DNA of 64,000 bases, from the NCBI GenBank assembly GCA_049968255.1, contig JBMFRB010000001.1:1-64000 (forward strand). Reading direction: 5' to 3'. The position numbers and the translations under genes were made by a program. The notes below the pieces were generated by a model. The model was not told where the DNA came from, ran no database searches, and worked only from the letters and a program-made list of their open reading frames with translations. Source of the DNA: Candidatus Sumerlaeaceae bacterium. Lineage in GTDB: Bacteria > Sumerlaeota > Sumerlaeia > Sumerlaeales > Sumerlaeaceae. This document shows positions 39,476-50,300 of this stretch, one piece after another (positions within the stretch are counted from its first letter, which is position 1; every line of letters starts with the position of its first letter).

Positions 39476-40510
39476 TCACGCTAAAGGTCCGCTGAGCCTC
39501 TTTCGGTTGCCATACATGCGCTCGTAGTAGTTGCGGAACTCGCCGCTGATGATGCGTTCCCACCAGGGACGGTTTTCGAGGTACCACCGGACAGTTGAGG
39601 CTAGTCCTTCCTCGAAGGAAATGAGCGGTTGCCAACCGAGCTCTGTCCGAATTTTGGTGGAGTCTATCGCGTACCGACGGTCGTGCCCCAGCCGATCCTC
39701 GACGTGGCACAGTAGCGATGTGGGCTTATCGAGAATCTGAAGGAGTAAGCGGAGCACCTCGATGTTTGGGCGCTCGTTGACCCCTCCGATATTGTAGACT
39801 TCGCCAACTCGACCGCTTTCGAGCACCAGCTCGATCCCTCGGCAATGATCTGAGACGTGCAACCATTCGCGCCGCTGCATGCCATCGCCATAGACAGGAA
39901 TCTCGCGATCGTGAAGCACGTTGATGATCGACAGGGGCAAGAGTTTCTCAGGATATTGATAGGGGCCATAATTGTTCGAGCATCGCGTAATCAGTACCGG
40001 AAGTCCAAAAGTGTGATAATAAGCTAACGCCAGGTGATCTGCGGCCGCCTTGCTCGCCGAATAAGGACTTCGCGGCGCAAGCGGGGTTGCTTCGGTAAAT
40101 GCTCCGGTCGCGCCCAGGCTCCCGTAAACCTCGTCGGTGGAGATCTGGACAAAGCGCGCGATCCCGTGGCGGCGCGCGGCGTCCAGTAACGTCTGCGTCC
40201 CTAAAACGTTCGTGCGCAGAAAAACGTGCGGATTCTCGATTGAGCGATCAACATGCGACTCCGCCGCAAAGTTCACAACTGCATCAAAACGATGTGTGCG
40301 GAATAGCTCGTCAACAAGCGCCGCGTCAGCAATGTCGCCGTGGACAAAAGTATAATTAGGGTGCTGCTCCACATCGCACAAATTTTCTGGGTTTCCCGCA
40401 TAGGTGAGAAGGTCTATGTTGACGATATGATCGTGCGGATGTTCGCGCAGATGAGCACGTATAAAATTGGTGCCAATGAAACCGCAGCCGCCTGTGACGA
40501 GAAGTTTCAT
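39476..40510 (-). CDS. rfbB: dTDP-glucose 4,6-dehydratase
   Basis: TGGCGFIG, LTYAGN, FAAESHVDRSI, ISTDEVYG, PYSASK, CSNNYGPYQ, DRLGHDRRY. Confidence 0.96.
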   Translation of the reverse strand: MKLLVTGGCGFIGTNFIRAHLREHPHDHIVNIDLLTYAGNPENLCDVEQHPNYTFVHGDIADAALVDELFRTHRFDAVVNFAAESHVDRSIENPHVFLRTNVLGTQTLLDAARRHGIARFVQISTDEVYGSLGATGAFTEATPLAPRSPYSASKAAADHLALAYYHTFGLPVLITRCSNNYGPYQYPEKLLPLSIINVLHDREIPVYGDGMQRREWLHVSDHCRGIELVLESGRVGEVYNIGGVNERPNIEVLRLLLQILDKPTSLLCHVEDRLGHDRRYAIDSTKIRTELGWQPLISFEEGLASTVRWYLENRPWWERIISGEFRNYYERMYGNRKRLSGPLA

Positions 40511-40573
40511 AACGTTCTCCGAACAAACTACCGATTTTCTGTTCTAAGTTACGTAAATGAGACCACTTCAAAC

Positions 40574-41155
40574 ATGAACCCATTGCAAAAAAATTTCATC
40601 GAGTACCACAAACTCCCGGTTATTGTAAGAGCTTTTATTTTTCGGGTTGGTTCCAAACCGTTTCCCGTCACGCTGGGAGCGAACGAGCTTGGCCTTGTTC
40701 AGTGTCGCATAGGCGAATCAGATCTCAGAGAGCTTGCTGCAGATGCACCAGGCGACGAACCACACGGGGCTAGGGTCATCCTGGAAGCTGCAGCCGGACA
40801 ATTGGCTGAGTATTTCGCTGGAAATCTCATTGCGTTCACGATCCCACTGATGCCGCGGGGCACCGATTTTCAACTGCAGGTGTGGCAGGCCACTTGCCAA
40901 ATTCCTTATGGTCAGACTCGCAGCTACTGGTGGGTGGCGGTGCGAATGGGTAATCCTTATGCCACACGGGCAGTTGGCGGAGCTCTGGGCGCCAACCCTC
41001 TGCCGCTCTTCATCCCATGCCACCGCGTCGTGCGCCACGATGGGACGTTTGGTGGCTTTCGGCCAGGGCCGGAGTGGAAGCAATTGCTTCTTGAGCACGA
41101 GCAACGCCACAGGGACAAGCTCTATGAAATTCACTGGCCAACGCGGCATCCTTGA
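40574..41155 (+). CDS. ogt: Methylated-DNA--protein-cysteine methyltransferase
   Basis: GTDFQLQVW, IPYGQTRSY, RAVGGALGANP, PCHRV active site; start ATG 40574 inferred. Confidence 0.92.
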   Translation: MNPLQKNFIEYHKLPVIVRAFIFRVGSKPFPVTLGANELGLVQCRIGESDLRELAADAPGDEPHGARVILEAAAGQLAEYFAGNLIAFTIPLMPRGTDFQLQVWQATCQIPYGQTRSYWWVAVRMGNPYATRAVGGALGANPLPLFIPCHRVVRHDGTFGGFRPGPEWKQLLLEHEQRHRDKLYEIHWPTRHP

Positions 41156-41219
41156 GCGTTGAAATAAAACCAGCCGCGGCGAACATACGCGAAAAATCGA
41201 GCTACCGGACTAAGGCGAA

Positions 41220-42692
41220 GTGACGATGGAACTGTTTCGAATGACAGCGCATGAATTGTCGAGCCTGCTACGTCGGCGCGAAGTGACGAGCTACGAGCTC
41301 ACACGCGCCGTGTTGACGCGCATTGCCGAAGTTGAACCGAAAGTGCAGGCCTACATCAGCGTGACCGGCGAGGAAGCGCTTCGCATGGCCAAAAATGCCG
41401 ACGAGTTGCTGGCGAAGGGCGAGGCCCCAAGTCCGCTTACGGGCATTCCCGTCGCTATTAAAGACAACATGTGTACTCGGGGAACTTTGACGACGTGCGC
41501 TTCAAAAATACTCGGCAATTTTGTGCCACCTTATGATGCGACAACCGTAGCGCGGCTTCGCGCGCGGAGAGCGGTCTTTGTCGGTAAGACAAACATGGAC
41601 GAGTTTGCAATGGGCTCCTCGACCGAAAATTCGGGGATGAAGCCTACGTTCAATCCTTGGGATCTCACGCGTATTCCAGGCGGTTCGAGCGGCGGAAGCG
41701 CGGCGGCTGTGGCTGCGGATATGGCTATCGTGGCCACCGGCAGCGACACAGGTGGCTCGATTCGCCAACCTGCAGCATTTTGCGGCGTTGTTGGTCTGAA
41801 GCCGACCTATGGATTGGTGTCGCGCTATGGCCTTGTCGCGTTTGCGTCGTCGCTCGATCAAATCGGACCTATTACGAAGGACGTTACAGATGCGGCGCTG
41901 CTCCTCAATGAGCTGGCAGGACATGATCCGATGGATTCTACGAGCGCCAAGATCGAGCCGCCAGATTATACGACATTTTTGGGACGCGATGTGCGTGAGT
42001 TGCGCGTGGGGTTGCCGCGCGAGTTCTTTGGCGAAGGGCTCGACGCGGAGGTCGAACAGGCCGTGCGTGGCGCCCTTGCCGAGCTGGAAAACCTGGGCGC
42101 GGAAATCATCGAGGTTTCGCTGCCGCACTCGCCTTATGCCGTGGCGACGTACTACCTTTGTGCGACAGCCGAAGCGAGCTCAAATCTTGCTCGTTACGAT
42201 GGAGTGAAATACGGCCTGCGCGTGGAAGCGGACAATATCGTTGACATGTTTTCGCGCACACGCAGTGCGGGCTTTGGCACCGAAGTGAAGCGCCGCATCA
42301 TGCTGGGCACCTATGCTCTAAGCGCGGGCTATTACGACGCGTATTATCTGAAAGCCCTGAAAGTCCGCACGCTTATCAAAAGAGATTTCGACAAAGCATT
42401 CGAGCAGTGCGATGTCATCGCAGGTCCAACAACCCCTACACCTGCGTTTCGCCTGGGGGAAAAGACCGCAAATCCGTTGGAAATGTATCTCAGCGACATC
42501 TTCACGATTTCCGTGAATCTCGCGGGGATTTGTGGAATTTCCGTCCCATGTGGCATCACCAGCTCGAACCTACCCATTGGGCTTCAGTTGATTGCACCCG
42601 CATTCGAAGAGGGACGCCTGTTCACAGTGGCGCACGCCTATGAGCAGGCGACGGATTGGCACCGAAAACGGGCCCAGCACGTTACTCTGTAG
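41220..42692 (+). CDS. gatA: Asp/Glu-tRNA amidotransferase subunit A
   Basis: [55 protein letters not shown]. Confidence 0.98.
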   Translation: MTMELFRMTAHELSSLLRRREVTSYELTRAVLTRIAEVEPKVQAYISVTGEEALRMAKNADELLAKGEAPSPLTGIPVAIKDNMCTRGTLTTCASKILGNFVPPYDATTVARLRARRAVFVGKTNMDEFAMGSSTENSGMKPTFNPWDLTRIPGGSSGGSAAAVAADMAIVATGSDTGGSIRQPAAFCGVVGLKPTYGLVSRYGLVAFASSLDQIGPITKDVTDAALLLNELAGHDPMDSTSAKIEPPDYTTFLGRDVRELRVGLPREFFGEGLDAEVEQAVRGALAELENLGAEIIEVSLPHSPYAVATYYLCATAEASSNLARYDGVKYGLRVEADNIVDMFSRTRSAGFGTEVKRRIMLGTYALSAGYYDAYYLKALKVRTLIKRDFDKAFEQCDVIAGPTTPTPAFRLGEKTANPLEMYLSDIFTISVNLAGICGISVPCGITSSNLPIGLQLIAPAFEEGRLFTVAHAYEQATDWHRKRAQHVTL

Positions 42693-44007
42693 GCACCGGT
42701 GCGAAAGCGTGTAAGTCGAGCAGAAGACGAAGGTAGGCGCCCAGGCGAAGAAGGCTCGGCTGGCCTTGCAGCAGCTCGAAGTTTTGCTGCTTATTCAGCC
42801 ACTGCTCTAATTCCTGTGCCAGGTCCTCAATCATCGGTAGCAACGAGGGATCGCATTGGTGGCGAGAGAAAAGGTGCTCGAGTTTCGCTGACGAAAAGAG
42901 AGAGAATGTTTGATTTTGCGAAAGGTGATCGAGGCATTCCCTGATCGCTTGCCAACAGGCGGCGCTCGAAAACTCTGGGATTTCGTCGCCATCGAGAACT
43001 GCATCCGTCTCAGCGAGGCGAGGAAGCAACGGATCCTTTTGCGATAAAAAAATCACGCCGGTAGTTGCGCCAAGGGGCGGCATCGCGCCTGCTCGCTGTT
43101 CTTCGTGCTCGTCCGCAATCTCTCGCCGCGCGACCCAGAGCACTTTGCGCGAATGGATAACGAGTTGGTCGGTTAATTGTGCTAGGTCCTCCTGGCCAAC
43201 CACTAACCCATCGGCTAGGCCTGTCTCAAGCAAGGCACGCGCGCGATTCCAATCTTCCGTCGTCGCCTGCAAAACAACAAGAGGCGAATCCGCTCCCCGC
43301 CGCGCTCGACTTCGCAGAGTGCGCATAAGCCACTCGATCGCCTGGTCGTGCGGCTCCGCGAAAAAAGCTTCGAATGGTGGCTCGCGAAGCTCGGCCTCGA
43401 GATCATCTTCTTCCTCGGTTTCACGCGGCGGCAGCTCGATCGCATGCTGGCGCGTTGGGCAAGGGACCTCCTTTTCAAGCGCCTGCGGAAGATGCCAGGA
43501 ACGCAACCAGACAGCATCAACTGGATAGGACTGATTCAGTTCGGCCAACAATGATGCAAGGTAGTCGATCACTTTGGGATTCCATGGTATGAGCCAGTTT
43601 TCGTGATAGGCCTTTTCACGTGATTTGATGACCCCACCTGCATTATCCGCTACAAGCCATTGACGCAAACGGCGCCGAAAAGGCGAACGCATAAAGGGGT
43701 CGTCGGGGGCGCCTGCACGAAGCAGGTCCACGATCGCCACTAGCCCTAAACGTTCATCGAGAGCAGCTTCTATGAGCTCTTCCCAACATTCGGGCGAAAA
43801 TCGGGAGGCTATGGGCGGAAGACCAAAATCCTCCCGCACCGCTGATGGGAAAAAGGTGTGGCCGCTAGCATAGGCGATCACCGCCAAGGCGTTGATTCGC
43901 AATTCTCGCGCCTTCGCCACACACCGCTGCGGCTCTTCGAGATCATCGGGACCAACCGTCAAGGCTCGCAGCGGCGGCAAGGCTGCAGTGTAAAGAGTGA
44001 CCGTCAT
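42682..44007 (-). CDS. Divergent GHL10/DUF187-like TIM-barrel protein
   Basis: GHTFFPS...LIEAA..., [29 protein letters not shown] resembles GHL10 motifs; no signal peptide seen. Confidence 0.5.
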   Translation of the reverse strand: MTVTLYTAALPPLRALTVGPDDLEEPQRCVAKARELRINALAVIAYASGHTFFPSAVREDFGLPPIASRFSPECWEELIEAALDERLGLVAIVDLLRAGAPDDPFMRSPFRRRLRQWLVADNAGGVIKSREKAYHENWLIPWNPKVIDYLASLLAELNQSYPVDAVWLRSWHLPQALEKEVPCPTRQHAIELPPRETEEEDDLEAELREPPFEAFFAEPHDQAIEWLMRTLRSRARRGADSPLVVLQATTEDWNRARALLETGLADGLVVGQEDLAQLTDQLVIHSRKVLWVARREIADEHEEQRAGAMPPLGATTGVIFLSQKDPLLPRLAETDAVLDGDEIPEFSSAACWQAIRECLDHLSQNQTFSLFSSAKLEHLFSRHQCDPSLLPMIEDLAQELEQWLNKQQNFELLQGQPSLLRLGAYLRLLLDLHAFAPVPTE

Positions 44008-44029
44008 TTGCGTGGCATTGCCCTCCCGC

Positions 44030-45811
44030 TCATTGGACCATCTTTTGCCAACCTACACGGCGGAGCAAGACAATCAACCCGACTGTGCAAACGCCCCCCA
44101 CCGCCAGGAGGGCTGCAGCCTTGCCATATTGGCCAAAAATCACTGCGCCCGTTGCCGGCAAAACAGTGTAAATGACCATAACGCCGAGCCCGGCGGCAAT
44201 CAGCGACGGAACGAAGATCGCATCGTCGGTCTGTACATCGCTGGCTGCGCGACGAATCGGTCCCCATCCGAAACTGGCCGGCCGCACCTTACGAAAGAAG
44301 TTCTGCAGCGTCTTCTGAGATTCAGGCGGTGTCAGATACATCACAATGAGCCAGACGATAATCGTGGCCAGTGCGATAGCAATTGTCTGATACTCTTCGA
44401 TTGCCAGGAATGAGCCAGGGATTTTCGTAAATCCAAGGGCTCGGATGAGGACAAAGAAGCTGAACGACGCGACCATAGCGGCAATTTCGGCTGCAGCGTT
44501 GATCCGCCACCAGTACCATCGCAAGAGAAACACGGCGCCGGTGCCTCCTCCCAGCGCCAGCAAAAGCTTCCAAGCTTGGTCGACGGATTCAACAAACTGC
44601 GTAGCATAGGCGCCGCAGAAAAGAATGAGAACCGAGGCTGCGCGAGAAACCCAGGCATAATGCTTGTCCGACGCGGACTTTACGACGAAGCGCTTGTAAA
44701 CATCATTAACCAGATACGATGCCCCCCAATTGATTTGAGTGGAAAGCGTGGACATGTAGGCTGCAAAGAAGGCCGTGAGAAGCAGGCCGCGCAATCCTTC
44801 TGGCAGCACGTCTTTCATGACACGCGCATAGCCCACCCCCGCGTCTTGAGCATCGCGCAGTTCGGGATATTTTACTAGGGCCACAAAGCCCACAATAATC
44901 CACGGCCAGGGACGCAAACAGTAATGGGCGATTTGAAACCATAGCGTGGCAAGAAGTGAGTGACGCTCGTCCTTGCACGAGGCCATACGCTGAACGATAT
45001 AGCCCCCGCCGCCAGGTTCTGCTCCCGGATACCACGAAGCCCACCACATTACCAGAATATAGCTGAGAAAGAGAGTGGGACTCAGCCAGCTTTGCGCCGA
45101 CCAATCGGGCACAAAACGCAGAGCATGTTCGCCGCCCTCGGCCACGCTAGCGATTTGCTGATGCAGCGCCTGCACACCACCCACATTGCGAACCGCCAAA
45201 ACCGCCAGCACAATGCAGCCAACTATCGCGATAACAAATTGCACGACATCGGTGATCGCAACTCCCCACATTCCTGAGAGCATTGTATAAAAGCCGGTGA
45301 TGCCAAGCATGATGGCAAGCAAAGTCCAGTCGCTCACCGATTCTCCGACGAGGGTGACTTTGAGAACTTTCAACATAGCAAAATTCACCCACGCGATGAT
45401 GATCGAGTTGATTGGCAGGGCAAGATAAACGGCGCGGAACACCCGCAGAAACGCGGCCAGCTTTCCGCCATAGCGCAGCTCGATGAGCTCAACATCGGTA
45501 AGCACTTCGGCACGGCGCCAAAGACGTGCGTAAAGAAAAACCGTGAGCATGCCGCCCACGGCAAATGCCCACCACAACCAGTTGCCGGCAAGCCCTCTTT
45601 TGACAACAAGGCCAGTGACGGCCAGAGGCGTATCCGCAGCAAATGTGGTGGCCACCATAGAGGTTCCGGCAATCCACCACGGCAACGAACGTGCAGACAC
45701 GAAATACTCTTCGATGTTCCTACCTGCGCGCTTTGAGAACAAGAGACCAATCCCCAACGAAACGACAAAATACGAGACTACCACTGTCCAATCCAATAGG
45801 CCAAAATGCAC
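44030..45811 (-). CDS. Sodium:solute symporter (SSS family)
   Basis: EYFVSARSLPWW.AGTSMVATTFAADTP, GGGYIVQR, AAYMST, many TM segments. Confidence 0.93.
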   Translation of the reverse strand: MHFGLLDWTVVVSYFVVSLGIGLLFSKRAGRNIEEYFVSARSLPWWIAGTSMVATTFAADTPLAVTGLVVKRGLAGNWLWWAFAVGGMLTVFLYARLWRRAEVLTDVELIELRYGGKLAAFLRVFRAVYLALPINSIIIAWVNFAMLKVLKVTLVGESVSDWTLLAIMLGITGFYTMLSGMWGVAITDVVQFVIAIVGCIVLAVLAVRNVGGVQALHQQIASVAEGGEHALRFVPDWSAQSWLSPTLFLSYILVMWWASWYPGAEPGGGGYIVQRMASCKDERHSLLATLWFQIAHYCLRPWPWIIVGFVALVKYPELRDAQDAGVGYARVMKDVLPEGLRGLLLTAFFAAYMSTLSTQINWGASYLVNDVYKRFVVKSASDKHYAWVSRAASVLILFCGAYATQFVESVDQAWKLLLALGGGTGAVFLLRWYWWRINAAAEIAAMVASFSFFVLIRALGFTKIPGSFLAIEEYQTIAIALATIIVWLIVMYLTPPESQKTLQNFFRKVRPASFGWGPIRRAASDVQTDDAIFVPSLIAAGLGVMVIYTVLPATGAVIFGQYGKAAALLAVGGVCTVGLIVLLRRVGWQKMVQ

Positions 45812-46014
45812 GGCTAGACCTCCGCAGTGAAAACATTAGTGGCTGCAACGCCCTGCGCACCTCGGTGTTAGCAACCTGAAAGTGCGACTAGTCTTGCTCT
45901 GAGTGAGTGTCAACCAGGGATGCATTGTGGGGGAAGGAAGTATTTTTCTTGCCGCGGCGACAGCGAAAACGCTAAAATACAGAAATAGCTACAAAACCGC
46001 TTTGCGGACGGAGT

Positions 46015-47259
46015 GTGGTGACCGATGTATGGCGCATGATCGTGTGGGGAGTGTGCCTCTTTGCGGGCTTATGGATGCTGGCCTTTGTTGATGCGTCCAT
46101 CACACGTGTGTTCCTGCCGGGCGATGAGAAGAGGCTTATATCGAGCACGCCCGAGGGAGTGGAATTTGTGGAGGCTCCACCACCATGGAGCAAAAAGCTT
46201 TTAGAACTCCGGCGTGTCCTCGCGAGTTCCCCGCACAATGGCCCATGGCAGCAACGACGCAGCCCAGAATCCGCAGCAAGCGATATTTACTTGCGGGCGA
46301 GCGACCCACTTTACTCCGAGCTACAATGCGCCACAGTGAGGAATGGACGCGTTCGCTATATCCGCTTTCCTGATGGAACGACAACCAAGGTCCTAGGCCT
46401 CAATCACACTTCTCTTGCTCACATTCAGACATTTGCTCCGCCAAGCCTCGCGCGCCCCTTGCGCCGGCTGAGCCTCGTCTTCTTCGGATTTGGATGGGGC
46501 ACAGTTTGGCTGATACCGTGGCGTCGCCGGGCGGAAAATGAACTTTGGTACGCGCGGGGCGCCAGCGTCGTCGGGCCTCTCTTTGTGGGCACAGTGCTCG
46601 GAGGGACATTCTATTTCCTTAGCCTCTCGGTACCCCTTGCAAACGGGTGGGTTGAGGCTTCCACCAATCGCGAAACTTATGCAACACTCTCGCTTATCAC
46701 GTTGTTGTTCACCCTGCCCGCGTGGATCATCTGGACCGTTGCCGCTCATTCCGCAACATTTTCACTAAGGCTTGCTCCAGAAAAATTGTTACTGAAGAGA
46801 TGGGTTAGTCAGCGAGAAATCTCGGCCACGGAATTGAGCGAAGCTCGGCTCGACGAGCGCTCGTGTCCACCGTGGCTGCGATGGATCTTCATCGTTCTTG
46901 CAATTCTCAGACCGCGGTCGGCTGGGCCACTTTTGTTAGCCGTGGAACGCACCGAATACCGGCTCGCTCTGCATACCACGAATGGCGAAAACATCCGCAT
47001 CGGACTCGACTATCTTGTGCCTTTGGACGCACTTTTCGTGTGGTTCAAAACGCACCAGATCCCGGTCGTGAACAATTCTTCGTCGGATGATACCTTGGTA
47101 GAGCAACTCGCGCAAAGTGAGCGAGAACACCAGCGAACTGCCTCATCAGTGGCTGAAAGACGCGACCAGATTCTCAGAATCATCCTTGGGCTAACCGGAA
47201 TCGCCTTTGCCGTCTGGGCAGTCGTCAGTTTGCATCCTGTACCGGCCATTAGCTTGTAG
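46015..47259 (+). CDS. Hypothetical multi-pass membrane protein
   Basis: 414-aa ORF with about 5-6 hydrophobic segments, an extracytoplasmic loop and a possible PH-like soluble part; co-oriented 56 bp upstream of the giant ORF. Start 46015 or 46036. Confidence 0.65.
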   Translation: MVTDVWRMIVWGVCLFAGLWMLAFVDASITRVFLPGDEKRLISSTPEGVEFVEAPPPWSKKLLELRRVLASSPHNGPWQQRRSPESAASDIYLRASDPLYSELQCATVRNGRVRYIRFPDGTTTKVLGLNHTSLAHIQTFAPPSLARPLRRLSLVFFGFGWGTVWLIPWRRRAENELWYARGASVVGPLFVGTVLGGTFYFLSLSVPLANGWVEASTNRETYATLSLITLLFTLPAWIIWTVAAHSATFSLRLAPEKLLLKRWVSQREISATELSEARLDERSCPPWLRWIFIVLAILRPRSAGPLLLAVERTEYRLALHTTNGENIRIGLDYLVPLDALFVWFKTHQIPVVNNSSSDDTLVEQLAQSEREHQRTASSVAERRDQILRIILGLTGIAFAVWAVVSLHPVPAISL

Positions 47260-47315
47260 CGTTGATAAATTAATCATAACTAGTTTTCCTTGTGAAGACG
47301 GGGAGGAATCCTGCT

Positions 47316-50300
47316 ATGAAACGGCGTAGTTTAGTGTTAGCACTCACGAGTTTTGCCCGACATGGGTGGGCAACGTTTTTTCTCTGGGCAGCTGTAACAA
47401 CTTCATCTTTCGCTGAAGCGGAGGTCGAGGCCATTCTCACGGCCTATAAGAACGCTGCCACACCACAGGCCAAAGAGGCAGCTCTGAAACAACTCCTCAA
47501 CAATTATGACGCCTACAAGCACCAAGTCGCGCAGAAGCTTGAGTCGGGCGCTATGACTACGGAATTCAAGAGTCTCGCACGAGAGGTCGACGAAAAAATT
47601 GTGGAGATGACCCAGCAAGCATGGCGCGACGTTGTGCGAGGTGACCCAGACGGCGTCACCCATGTGATTCCCGTCGGCTCCCTAGGCAACCGCCTGACCA
47701 ATCCCGCGTATATTCCAGGCAAGAGCGACAAGGACATGATTCCGATGGGCCCGCGCGCGACGGAGAGTGTCGAGAAATTTCGACGCGCGTTCACCTCGCG
47801 GTTTGGGCTCCCTCCTGAAAAGCTCGATATCAACGTCCTCGATCCCACGAACCCTTCTGAGTGGCCTGGCCGCGTGGAGGCAGTAGCAAATCCAGAAAAA
47901 TACAACACTGTGGGCGGAAACAACTGGCTCCAGCGAGATACTTACACCAGAAACCCCACCGTTTGGAAATTAGATCCCACGACGGGAAAAATCCAAGAGT
48001 CGACGTTTCAGTCGCTTTTTCCTAAGGAGACGAAACCGGCCCCGCTGACCACGCGCGACGCGGCGGGATTTTTCAGCGACAATACACGATTTCGTAACGA
48101 GTTGGCGCGCAAGTACAACGATCCAGCTGAGCTCATCCTCAAACAATCCAAATATGACCTGCGAAATGCGGCGGCGTATGGTCTAGCAGGCGGCAAATTT
48201 ACGCGGGAAGAGCAGGCCCTCATGGAAGCCGCCTCGCTCGCAAGAAATGGTAAACTGGACGAAGCCGTTCGTCGTTACGCGGCAGCCATTGGCGCTGATG
48301 CTAGCACAGAAGCGGGAAAGCAGGCAGCAATGAAGGCCTATCTGGAGGGCATGAACTCCCTGACGGAAAAAATTGGCAAGACTGTGGTGGCAACTCATCT
48401 GGACGAGATTGCCAAAGCAGGGAAGAACAGTAAAACGCTGATTGCTGAGCTGGGAGGAGTGCTCAACAATCTACCGCCGAATGTTCGGGAAAACATTGTG
48501 AAAGAGCTAAGCAACGATGTTGGCCGAGCAAACACATTACGGCTTGCTGACCAGGTTGCCAATACGCTGGCCAAAAATGTGTTCATAAAGAAAGCGTTCG
48601 ACGAGGCTGCGCAAAAGCTTTTCGGAAAGCCGTACGAGCAGCTCACCCCTGCGGAGAAGCTGCTTGTCCACAATGCGGGCGAAGAATCCGCGTCGTCGCT
48701 TTCCAAGTTTGGAAAGGGTGCGGGGGTGACCCTCACTGCTGCAGCCATTCTCATCAGCATGCAGCAAGCTTATGCCTCTGAATCTGCCACTCGCGGCACC
48801 GCCATTGGCGTGAGCGCGGGCATCGGGCGAGGAATGCTCGACCTCATCCAACTCGGTTATCCGCCGCTGATCGCCGCGGAGCTTGCAGGACGCGCTGCTG
48901 CCCTAGGCGTCAGCTTTGGGATCGATTCGTACAAGATGGACGTCCTTGATAAACTCTACGAGCAATACAAGCGCACGGGCAACCTTGATGATGTGCTTAG
49001 CGATGCCGAGTTTCAGAAGTATTTTCCGGGCGGACTGCGCGTTTTCCGCAACGAACTCCGGGAGGCTGCAGCTCGCGAAGGCAAGACGCTCACGGAAGAG
49101 CAACTTGATAGGGCCATTCGGGATTATTTTTTCAACCGAGCAGAAATTGATAAGCAGCAAAAAAAGATCGAGCACGATCTTGCTTGGGCGAAGGCCTTCG
49201 TGACAAACCGGCGAATTCCGCTCGTTCTTGGATCAGATTCTGATGTGGATAACGCACAATTGTCCGAGGCAGAAATGGAGCAGGCTTTGGCTGGCCTGCT
49301 GTTGAGGAAATTGCAATTTGAGCAAATGCTGCGAGCCGACGGCGTTCCGTTCACCAAACAGGATATTCTCAGTCTTCTGTTCATAACGTATCGCGGCACG
49401 CCAGATGAGCTCGCAGCCGCCCTAAATCAACTTTATCGCAACGTGGGCAAGTCGTATCCCCCCGGGGCAAAAAGATCTCAAAAACCCAAGGGGACGACAC
49501 AACTCACTGACGGCAAAACGAGTGCGCCAAAGCAGCTCGACAAGAACGCTGTGAAAATCTTGCACGCGAGAAATGCCACTGTTGTTCGAGGTCCCAAAAG
49601 TCAGCAGGGTTGCTCGCCAGGGCTGCTGCTTGGTGGCGGGGGCTCGTTTCCTGAGAAACGTGTGGATACCCCATGCGATCCGCCAATTTCGCTCGGCAGC
49701 ACCGAGGTCTCTTGCGGCGGCGAGTTGCTGGTTGTCCTGGATGTGGACAAACCCGTGAATTCAGGGTGGGTTTGGAATAGTGACACGGCGGTGCGTGTCC
49801 ATTATCAGGCACGCATCAGCGGAAAACTAGGACAAGACGAGCGTCTCGGGGTAGCATCCGGCAGTCCTCCCGACGGTGATTGCTCGATCACACTGACTCT
49901 GCCGGGTCCTGGCAAACTAAGCGCGTATGCTGAGCCCCCGCGCGGTGCCGGCCCACTCACAACACAATGCCTGGGGCAGGGCTTCAATGCTCGTATTGAA
50001 ATGGTAAAGCCATTCAATGAACTGCCGGCCCTGCAAGAGAATCAGCTTCTTCCGGGCGACAAAATTCGAACTGACGCACACCCCTGGAGCCAAGCTGTCC
50101 TCACCACACAGCAAGGAGAGCGAGTCATCGTGAGTGGCGGAGGCAACCAGGTACGCTTGGCAGAGACGGGACGGCAAAGCCAGCAGCTTGTCGTTGAAAG
50201 CGGGTATTATGGCAGCACAATCCGCTATGCACGGCCGAAAAGCGCTGCTTCGAAGCGCGTCGCCGAGCCGCTGACCATACGCGAAGGGGCACATAGTCTT

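Noticed and set aside
40340-40573. N-terminal extension of ogt overlapping rfbB
   Set aside because: Overlaps the divergent rfbB start; ATG 40574 gives a normal-length protein.
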